Shown: piece by piece, positions 54,062 through 64,000 of the stretch
Layout: every line of letters starts with the position of its first letter
Position numbering within the stretch: the first letter of the stretch is position 1
Origin: Trichinella spiralis
Taxonomy: Eukaryota
Direction: 5' to 3'
Length of the DNA stretch: 64,000 bases
Assembly: GCF_000181795.1 (NCBI RefSeq)
Contig: NW_003526943.1
Coordinates: 3,685,228 to 3,749,227 of the forward strand
Notes under the pieces: generated by a model
Databases searched by the model: none
Seen by the model: only the letters and a program-made list of their open reading frames with translations
What the model was told of the DNA's origin: nothing
Translations under genes and position numbers: made by a program

Positions 54062-55380
54062 CCCCTCTAACTACATTAAAATAATTTGAGAAAACTGAAC
54101 GAACATATCTGACAACCCTATACATCAGTTCTGAAAGTATTAATAGTCATTCTTTAATTACTGACAGTCATTATAATTAACGCTCTGATGGCCCTTTGGC
54201 GCTATCTACGCATTCAGTCCTCTTGAATATTTTTTGCTTCAACTTAAAATGCTTATTTTTCACATTATTATATCATCAAGTTTACTGAAATTCTGCTTAT
54301 AAGTTTATCTTTCTGCAGACTACCGATTACGTCTACAGACTTCATTACATTCAACACTTCACTTCATTATTTATTAACACTTGTCTATTGAATGTGAAAT
54401 GAGCCTTATGTAGAAGTTCCAGATCTAGCGTAGCAGTTAGGACAGATGTTATGGAAGTGCTCTCTCTGTACAGCACTGCGCCTGGAATAAGTCATAACAG
54501 TGTGTAACTGCAAATAGCAGCACACTGGGGCCAGTTTCTCATGGTCAGGTGATGGCGTAAACCTCTAGCATCACTAATGATTTTTCCACAGATCCAGACA
54601 AACGTTTCAGTGTATTTTCCTCTCTTCAATTCAAAGCATTTGCTGTAAAGCTTCTACTTCCAACAGAATTGTAGTAGTCTATGATGTGACCTTTAGACCT
54701 TCCACTCAGGATGTTTGATTGTCCATATCACATTCACAGCCATTCACGTGACATTGAACATATAAAAATAATATCATGGGTCATCGATGATCTTATTGCT
54801 TGCTAAAGCACAGCCGTATTAGTTAATTCAGGATGCCTACACCAGATTTCGTGATATTATAACTCAAAATAACCTCTGGTTTATGTTTCTTGACATGGTG
54901 CATAGTGCTCATACTCACTTTTCTTTGGTACTTAACTTACTAATGTAACGTTTTTGTTAAAATAGAAAAAAGACTATGGCGGACGCCCTGGTGTAACGGG
55001 CATTCATGGAGAGATGTCGCGTTTATTATTTCTTAGTGTCGCAACAACTGCGCTATTTAATGCCAAAAAGTCCTTTGCTAGTTTTACACAGGATGAAAAC
55101 ACATCAAAGAACATCAAACAATTATCAGTTGTTATATTTCAGTCTATGACACTCTATGGCAAGATCAAACGTGTTACCAACTCAGTTATCTTTACATGAA
55201 TCACTGCTTCCGGTTGTTCGCTGACATATACCTCTCCTGATAAGGGGTATGATGTTTCAGTGCACAATATATTTATCCAATTTATCCTTTGGACATAATG
55301 TACTGTCAGAGCTTGCTTTGTCTACTTGTTGACAGAAGTTACTCATGAACAATCAAGCATATATCAGGCCAAGTATATAT
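54062..55380 (-). mobile_element. Degenerate piggyBac transposon, 3' portion
   Basis: Minus-strand broken translation shows collinear piggyBac motifs: VHE*LL..QYIMSK (VDEQL), TETSYPLSGEVY, NITTDN, VATLRNNKRDI, VTLVS*VPKK, STMHH, KPEVILSYNITKSGV (YN.TKGGVD) and the Cys-rich tail REHFHNICPNC. The element ends at TTAA|CCCCTCTAACTAC (TTAA 54058-54061), a piggyBac-type target site and terminus. Confidence 0.85.
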
Positions 55381-55389
55381 CTTTTATAT

Positions 55390-55394
<5 letters not shown>

Positions 55395-55425
<31 letters not shown>
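55395..55425. repeat. (TA)n microsatellite at the piggyBac/Ginger junction
   Basis: Directly visible TA run. Confidence 0.9.
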
Positions 55426-55428
<3 letters not shown>

Positions 55429-55549
55429 CCAAAAATATGTAGCCTCTGTCTATTATTACCTTAACAGTGCTTTTGCTGATTTTCTGCATCGCCTTGACTG
55501 GAGTATTTTTCTGTTTAGCAGGTTTTCAGCCACTTCTATGCTACTGAAG

Positions 55550-56516
55550 AAATGTCTATTGTTGCGTTTCTTCCTTTCGTACACCACTGTGAAAGTGGAC
55601 GATTTCCCAGAACGACTACATTCATTCAGCTTGATGAAATAACAAGGTATACCAACCTGACAGTGGATATGAGGCTGCTACATCACAACACTAGAATTAG
55701 TATGCTTGACACAGTAAAAGGTTCTCCGTTCAAAATTACTTTTGGCATGAAGTCAGCATTCGGCATGGAGTCCTACATTTTGCCACAGAGTTTGCTTGAA
55801 TGTACCGTAATAGAAGAGGATATTCAAAGCTTTTTAGCGAAAATGAATCCAGTGATAAAGCAGTCTGTGACAAGAAGGAAGAACATGGATGTAAAGAATA
55901 CGTCGCAAATGGTGAAGCGGGTGCCTCACACCAATCTGAAACACTCATCGACGTTCGAAAGACAGCTGCTGCTGGAATTAGAGGGTTTGCAATGCTGATG
56001 ACAAGAAGGTCTGCCAAATTCTTTATAGTTTATGAGGTTTGCCAATGTGCTACGCTCTGGATTCCAGCAGTTGAACGTGGCAGAGCAGACTCTAGGAATC
56101 TGCTTGTATCGCAGTATCCAATGACCTGTATGCTGTTGGCTGTAGAGAGCGTGCACTGTCTGCCGAATTTACCGCGGCTGACCTGAATATCATTGCTGAA
56201 AGGATTTTGAATATCGAGAATACTCCACAAGAAAAAATTTCAGTGAAGTCTGCTACTGTGAAGTCTACTCGTAGCCAGGGTTATGTGAAATGCCAATGCG
56301 TAATCTTATGTAAGTCAGGACGATGCACCTGCAAAAGGAAAAATCACACCTACACTCTTCATTTTATTTTGGTAAATCATGTAAAAATTCATGTTATTTT
56401 TAGGACAGATAAATTAAAAAACATAAACAACGATTTCCTAGCACAACGGTTTGCCCATTCTGTGCATTTTAGCATTTTAGCCACGAAATGGGCAATGTAT
56501 CACATTGGCGGTAACA
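55550..56516 (+). mobile_element. Degenerate Ginger/GIN-type (KRBA2/SCAND3-like) integrase element, 3' part
   Basis: Frameshifted pieces SPFKITFG, IPAVERGRADSRNLL and SQGYVKCQC..CKSGRCTCKRKN match the post-core and Cys-rich C-terminal motifs of this integrase group. The region ends in ...GGTAACA at 56516, a TGT...ACA-type terminus. Confidence 0.65.
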
Positions 56517-56772
56517 CATATGATATATCTGATACATTATATAAACATCAAGAGATCAAAAGCATCATAAGCATGGAATTTATCTTCAACTAATAAGAAA
56601 CTAGTCGTTATATAAAATATATTAAAGTTATTAAGATTGGTTTACAGAAAATATTTTGAAATAAGTGTCATGAAAAATTTAAACAGCTTTTGTTTAAATT
56701 AGATACTTTTAATGTAAAATTAAAGTTAAAACATAAGTAAAAACAATTTTAAAATAGCGTTGTGAATATTTC

Positions 56773-58873
56773 ATGCTCATTCTTGATCAGCATTATACTG
56801 AAGGCAGAAATCGCTTGTACACAATGCGCAAAATATTAGTAGAATTTAGAGCTGGTAAAGTATGTCGAATTGGCAGTAGAATGAGCTTTGACAGACGACT
56901 TGGTACCTGTTTTATGTATGAAGAAGATGATATGAGCTTGCACTTCTGCTGGAGAGAATACGACACAGTTGATGTTGAGGACGTAAGTATGCGACGTTGC
57001 AAAACCTTACTATTATAATAATTATCTATAAACTATAAAATGAGCGAAGAACATTCTGAACATAATTTCTTGTAGCTGTTTCAAACAACAATAATTAAGT
57101 ACATTTAGAAAGAATTCATTTTCACTGAAAAGTTTGAAATAATAATGTCTTTTAATCTGCTGTTAATACACAGGTATCTTACTACATAAGCGTTTAGGAC
57201 ATAATCGTTACACCAGGAAACGCGAAATTCAAATGTGTGCCTTCATATACAACGCGCCGTGTTTATCAGTTAGTGATCAGTAATGTAGAAAGTTATTATT
57301 ATTGGATGCAGGTCAGAACAACATCAATTGTATTAGCATTAGCATTTGCTTTTACAAAAAATGCTGACAACGTACTTTTAGGAGCCTGCCAGGAAAGACA
57401 GCGCTTATTGCAAAACTGTCAATAAAATTTTAGAAGGTAGTCCTTATTATTTTTTTAAACACTTAAGTTTAAATAATTTCTTCATCACATATCAGTGGTT
57501 GTTTCATAAAAATTTCTTTGACGATTAACATATAAATATGCATATTAGTTAATATATTATAGCAATTAGTGCAATTAATTGCATTTAAAACACAACAATG
57601 TTGTGGTTTAAAATGAAAAATAAATTTTAATTTGAAATCAGATTATGAAGAAAAGGAAATGCATAAACAAGAACAGCTTCTTGAAAGTTCAAAGGACAAA
57701 ATCACTACTGGAATGCAACCTGATGATATCAAAAGTCACTCTGATTCTGAAATTATTCTTCGAAGCAGGACTAGAAAACATACTTCATTAAAATCAGATC
57801 TGCAACAAGTTTTTGATGAATTTTTAGCTGAATTGAGAATTTTAAATAATGAGAAAACTATATTTCTCCAAGATTACATGAGAAAGCAGTCATCAGATGA
57901 TCACACTTTTCATTCAAGTAATTAAAAATTCAGCAAACTAAAAAATATTAAATTACCAAATACTGGCTTTTTGCAGATTCTGAAAATGCAGTTGACATTA
58001 AAAGTATTCTGCTTAATGACAAAGAAAAAGTGAAAACAGGAAAATGCCCCTCATCGTCGCGTCTCCTGAAGTAAATTATCTATTGTAAAATTTATTTTAT
58101 ATCTAGATAATTAGCATAGGAAATATTTAAATGAAACATGACTAATTAACGTGATTTTTACGTAAATTGAAATTAAGCTATATTAATTAACTAAAATTAA
58201 AAGCTGTTTATTCATACATAAGAGAGATTTTAAGAATCATTCCTTTTTAAATTTGTTGTTGAATGAGTAAAGTGAAATTTCATTTAAGTTAAAATAAATG
58301 AAGCTGAAAGTATTTAATAAATCATGATTAATAATTGATAGATTGAATCTTGGTAAAGTAATAGCTTGAGCTATGTAATTAATAAAACAATTTTAAAATC
58401 ATTGAATAGTTGTTTGGAAATTTTCATCTATTTTCCTCTGGTTTCAGAGAAGAATGTATCATGAAGAAGAAAAATGAAGACACAGGATTCAGATCAAATG
58501 CCAAAAAAGGTAATTAATTATGTAAAAATGACGCATTCATTAAGCTAATGAATGTGATTATTATTCTTATTATTATTACTGTCAAGTCTTAATTTTGTAA
58601 ATTAAATCTGGGAAGAAATTTCAAAAATATATTTTGTGAACTTCATTACTTCCTAAAGCTCCTTCTTTCTAAGCTAAACCATTCATTCATACTACTTACA
58701 TTTTTCCCTTTGTATAAAAATATAAAATTTATTTATACCTAAAAGTATTTTAAAACAATAGATTTTAAAATGTATATGCATTTTCAGATAAAAATAATGA
58801 GAAATATTTACAATCTAAAGCTGATAATGGCGCTGATATGACAAAAAAAAATGGTCAGTCAGAAGAGGAATGA
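56773..58873 (+). CDS. Divergent Rpn13/ADRM1-like Pru-domain protein with charged C-terminus and no recognisable DEUBAD domain, about 298 aa
   Basis: Exons 56773-56982, 57198-57311, 57382-57436, 57642-57917, 57977-58070, 58448-58509, 58788-58873 total 897 nt in one open frame with GT-AG introns. LVEFRAGK...DRRLG...LHFCWRE....VEDDIIVTP...F..VP....RVYQL.....YYWMQEP....YCKTVNKIL matches the Pru domain. The start could be 56773 or 56824. Confidence 0.85.
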
Positions 58874-60175
58874 GAATAAAGATTACAGATTTTTATATTT
58901 TCATATTTAAATTTCAGTCAAATTTTTATTTCATTGCATATATTTGCAGCAACAGTCTTTTCAGAAATTAATCATTAAATAAACTTCTTATAAAATTCAT
59001 ATAATCAAAATTGAAAAATATGCAAGAAATGAACGTTAATGAGAAGCATATCTTATCGATTCACTCTTTTCATTCACTATTTTCTTCAGTTGGAAAATAA
59101 AAATAAAGTAATAATAAAAGTGAATAGTTCAACCAATACGTTGCTAAAAAAACTATGAGGTTCATGTATAATGAAATTTATTACATGCTAAGTATTTCTT
59201 ACAAATGCTAAGAATTTATTCTTTATTGAAAGTATAATTTAAAATATTATAACAATTAATTAAATAATTCATTATCTGCAGTAGCAAAATGTGCAGTAAT
59301 TATAATATAAAATAATTATCAATTCTTAATTTCTGAATAATTAGATGCAAAAAATAATTTGGTATAAAGTGTAAATTTATATAGAATTTATTCCAAAATC
59401 AAATTATTCTTCAAATATGCATACTGCTAACATTTTTCATTCCATCTTTCAACTAGTGAAATACTGCAACATTTTTGAAATTGCTAGAAATTCTTGATTT
59501 TGTACGCTGCAAATTTTACCTGAAGAAGCGCTACAGAAAAGCATTTGACCTTACCTATGATCTAAAATTAAATAAATTAAAAATTTAATAATTAAATTTA
59601 GTTCCTGAAAAAAATCTGCAGAGAACACGCGTTGCTGTACATGAGAAAAACTTCCTATCAATATTTTTAAACAATTTTGTGAACATTTTCAAATGTAAAA
59701 TATTAACTATAATAAATTTATATTTCATTACTTACATAGATAACATTTTTCATCACATAGACAGAGAGGTTTTCTTCAAAATAATTAATTTTCAGAAGCA
59801 TTCTAAATATTATTTTGAAAGCAATGAACTCAACCACTCATTTCAAGAAAAAACAAATTTAACTTTCAAATCATGCTTACGATATGGTTACAATTCAGGC
59901 ACATTCTTTTACAGATATAAAGTCGTTATATAATTAATTGACCAGTATATTTTTTAATTAATGAAACTTTTTAATGCTGATTCATTTCAGCTAATAAAAA
60001 AATAATCTTTACTAAATAACAAAAATTCATCTTTATTATATTGCAAAAAAGTAAATTTGCTAATTCTTATAAATGTAGCAATTCCAAAATTTTTTATTAC
60101 AAGTTATTACCAAATCTAACATCCGCTAACAAAAAATTTGCACATTTCTAATTTTCATAGAAAACCAGCGTTTAA

Positions 60176-60572
60176 TTATTGAGAGTTATTTCGAGATGCT
60201 ATTGTTTGCAAGGTATTTATTCGTCGGTACAGTTTCACAGTTCGACCAAGGTGCATCTGGAATTTGTCAAAAATAAATTCTTTATCCAGCAACAACAAAG
60301 TCTTCCCATTTATACGATACATTTTAAATAACAAAGCCTCTTTCTCAAACCCTAATTCTGCCACAAAATTACATACATCTTTCACTGTCCATCCATTTAT
60401 ATTCGATTTTGCCGCCTTCAGGAATATTGCATCATTTTCCAAGCTTGGCAAGTTAAACCTAAAACAAAACTTAATGTTAAAGGCTTTCTGAATAATATTA
60501 GCTGATTTACGAGTCTTTCGGGTGTTTCTTGATTTGAATTGTTTTGAGAACCTCTTTGGCGTAATACGTCAT
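60176..60572 (-). CDS. Small SAM-domain-only protein, paralog B, about 114 aa
   Basis: Exons 60572-60511 and 60458-60176, with the same intron position and phase as paralog A. FNLPSLENDAIFLKAAKSNINGWTVKDVCNFVAELGFEKEALLF...INGKTLLLL...LGRTVKLYRRINTLQT aligns collinearly with paralog A. Confidence 0.8.
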
Positions 60573-62219
60573 TTAATCTTAAATCTAAAAATAATAACTG
60601 CTTTTATCACAGAGGTACTTATGTAATTAACTGATGCATCACAAATTCACAGAGATGTTATAAGTAATTCAATGACAGTATCAACAATTAATATATAAAA
60701 AATGTGATTCAGTAATTTTGAGGTTTAGTGGAACTTGAATGCTATCATAAGTAATCATACTCTAATTAAATATAATGTACCAGTAAACTTCAGCAACATA
60801 TGCATGTTACAGATGACATCTCATTATGTAATCAAACAATATAGGGTTATTTATGTGGAAGCATTAGCTTTCAAAAATGACAATTGTGAAACAGCTAATA
60901 AGATATATACTTTACAGAAAAGCATTTCTTTTAAAATGTTAACCTTATATTTGTTATTTGATACATGATACATGATATACAAAAATAAATGAAAACTTGC
61001 TTTTCAACGTATGCAAGAATGAAAAATTGCAGCAGCTCTGTGCACAAAAATATTTCTGTAATGCTGACAAATGTTAAATTACTGCTTTAATACTTTGAAT
61101 GAAATTGATAGACTAAACCGAGTGTAGTGATTGATAAACAATAAATAAATTAAACCAATGATATTTTTCTTATAAATACAGTAGATATTTAGTTTTCAAG
61201 CATTAATTTAAATAATGTCATGCTATTTTATATTTAACTGGCATTCTTTAAATCTCTTACATAAATTACATTTGAAATGACGTAAATTCACATGACAGTA
61301 GATTATCTTTAGATTTATTTATGCAAAATGCTAATTTGAAATTTGTTACACTGTAGCATTTCGATAACAGCTGAGTTGTCAACTTTTGAAGCCGTATATT
61401 AATGTCCGGTATCATATATTCATAAAATATGCAAATATTGATATAAATGTAGGTTTTCTTCGTTTTTCAATATAGTGAAACGTCTTTATCTTAGCCACTT
61501 TAAATTTTCTTTTATAATTCATTTCAAGCTGCAAAGCTGTGAAAATTTTCTAGTGAAAATACAGTTTATTTTAACGATCTGTGAGAATATTATAAATATA
61601 GCTAATTACTGCGCTATATAAATTTAAAATCATATTTTTTAATTGTTGAGACAGAGATCATTATGAATATAAAGACATTTTGATACATTTATGCTTCATC
61701 AGACAATTTTAAAAAATTTTCATTTAGACATCAAAATTTTAATTATTTGTATTGTAATCACAATCTTTTCATGCAGTTTAAAATTAAACTGAAGAACATT
61801 TTAATTAAGAAATTATCACTTTTTAATAAGATTGCAAACATTGGTCACACTGATCGACTGGCTTTTAGGAGCTAATTTAAAGAATAAAAAGATATTTCAA
61901 TGTTATTTAAGGTCAGTAAAATCAGAAGCAACTGTGAAATTTTACAAAATTTATTCTTTTTAAAGCATAAGTGAATTCTCTTTTACTTCAAAATAATCAA
62001 ATTGAAAATACTACTTCAATAATTTCATAATATTCATAGATGACTGCATTATGAATGTTTATCACATGTGCTGCAGATAGAATATATATATATGTTAATG
62101 AAACTGAAATACTGTTTCCTCATTTTTAACTAGAACTCTTGAATCTACTGTAATTTTGACTCTTGAGAAAATTACAGTAAGTTTATTGCAAATTTACCTG
62201 CTTTCATTTATTACGTATA

Positions 62220-62985
62220 CAGGAATATCCCGCTTAACGCAGCCTCGCTTAACGCTGTTTTACTATAACGCTATTTTTTTAGCATGTCACGTGACTCAAT
62301 TTTTCTTAAAGTGAGAAATTTAGCTAAGTATTTTTAATAGCACTGGAACGATTTTATTAAATTATGCTGTTTGTGCTATTTCATACATTCCATCAATTAT
62401 TTACGATAACTGGTTTGGATTCTGTTGTTATTATATATTTAGTCAATCATTTTTAGTGTGCTATGTTCATTATCTCACAACGAGATTAGATGATGAATTG
62501 AAGCACCTGGCAGAGCTATGCACTGATAATAAACCAACAGTCACTGATTCAAAGGCGGATATATTCTTGAGAACTATAACAACAGAATTCCCGAAGAACA
62601 GCATCCCCAACATCGCACAAATCAGGGATCAGTTCATACAACAGGATCTTAATGATGAATGAAGTTCCAAAGCAAGAAGGGATGTTCTAAAAATGATATC
62701 TTGTTATCAAGAAATTCTACATGAAAGGATATGTACGGATAGTCTCATCAGCAAGTAATCTATGGTTGAGGAATCAAAGGCTAGTCCAACCTCACAATGA
62801 TTAATATGAAAAGTAAAGTATGTATACGTTTTAATGAATATTTCAAATAAATTTTGTTGTATATATTCTGACTTTTATTGGAATCGATGTACCATAAAAA
62901 CATGCTATTTGACCCTGCACAACGCTGTTTCATTTAGCGCTCTTTTTTCAGGAACAGGCCAAGAGCGTTAAGGGGGGTATGCCTG
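62220..62985 (+). mobile_element. Non-autonomous Tigger/pogo-family element, 766 bp, with TIRs and TA target-site duplication
   Basis: Left end TA|CAGGAATATCCCGCTTAACGC; the right end reverse-complements to CAGGCATACCCCCCTTAACGC (18/21 match) and is followed by TA at 62986-62987. Sub-terminal CGCTTAACGC repeat. Internal remnant DQFIQQDLNDE*SSKARRDVLKMISCYQEILHER resembles the Tigger transposase C-terminus. Confidence 0.88.
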
Positions 62986-64000
62986 TATTACATTAATATA
63001 AAACATTAAATTAATAGATAATTAGCATTAATAAAATTAAATATTAAGCATTACAGATATAAAAAATTTCACAGGTTTTTATGTAAGCAATGCAATAAAT
63101 GAGAAATTAGTCTGTTCAAAATGTAAATACCTTTAATCAGCAGCAGTTTGTACTACAGTGTCATATCCACCACAGAAAAAATCTCCTGTGAATCAAATAC
63201 TGAAGAAAAAATTCAGCAATATATTTTTTCTAATAATTAATTTTAAACTTTTTTGAATATAATGTAATGTTTTTTCTGTGATTTCCATCAACTTTTCGAG
63301 TTATGATATTCTTTAACTCATGCAATTTAGTATGACGTAAGTTTATGGTAGTATTTTAATTATAGTACTTGTTCAGTAAATACTGTACTCTCACTCAGTA
63401 AAGTACGGTCATACCTCCAACACTGCCAACACTACACTTGATCTGAAAGGTAATTTTATTGAATATTATTTTTAGTTTAGGTTTGAATTTTTAATTTTTC
63501 TATTCTATCCATTATTTTCTGTTTTATTCACTGCCATTGTTTAGTAAAATCAATAGTTTTCCTGAAAATTATAGCCCTAATTGCACCCCGTTTGTTAACT
63601 TTTTTGGTGTTAGTATGTTTTTTGTTTTTTCAAAAATATTAAAGCAAGTTAATAATTTATTTTTTATAAAAAATATTCATGATATATATATATATATATA
63701 TATATATTTTATTTATTTATTTATTTATTTATTTAATATTATGTTATGTCATGTTACGTTGTATGCAATCATATGATCGATCATATGATTTTTTATCTTA
63801 TGCTAATATTTTATGAAAAATTAATTGAAGAATTGTATTGTTTGAAATTGTTTATTTTTCCGACAATGAATTAAAACTTAGTAATATTTGCGATGTAAAT
63901 TACAGCTGAGTATTTTCATGTTTGCATATTTTTTTTATTTTTAAAAATGTTGATTTCATACTTTCAGATTATTGGTTGATCTGTGTTGATCTGAATAAAA

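Noticed and set aside
54380..54490. Possible LINE/RTE reverse-transcriptase fragment (IWNFYIR)
   Set aside because: The same bases read as the piggyBac Cys-rich tail (REHFHNICPNC), collinear with the other piggyBac motifs.
55172..55178. TGTTACC as the left TIR of the Ginger-type element
   Set aside because: Only 7 bp match the right end, there is no target-site duplication, and it lies inside the piggyBac transposase remnant.

Overview
AT-rich eukaryotic genomic DNA with many short introns and TTTCAG/TTTTAG-type acceptors. The gene style and transposon content suggest a nematode, probably clade I (Trichinella-like); this is an inference. Manual splicing gives eight protein-coding genes: a partial RPC5/POLR3E-like RNA polymerase III subunit (minus, probably continuing past the left edge, not evident from the ORF track); a meiotic HORMAD that keeps a Hop1-type PHD + winged-helix region (plus); serine hydroxymethyltransferase (minus); a GSK-3 kinase (minus); a SoxD/EGL-13 factor (plus) after about 28 kb with no recognisable gene; two paralogous SAM-only proteins (minus); and, between them, a divergent Rpn13/ADRM1 Pru-domain gene with no recognisable DEUBAD domain (plus). 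Decayed DNA transposons include hAT, mariner, piggyBac, a Ginger/KRBA2-type integrase and a TIR-intact Tigger/pogo derivative. The best leads are the HORMAD architecture, the duplicated SAM / Pru-only / transposon island, a probable dual-targeting SHMT with an apparently obligatory GC-AG intron, and a candidate poison exon in GSK-3. No tRNA, rRNA or CRISPR array was found. Homology calls come from recalled family motifs, not database searches.
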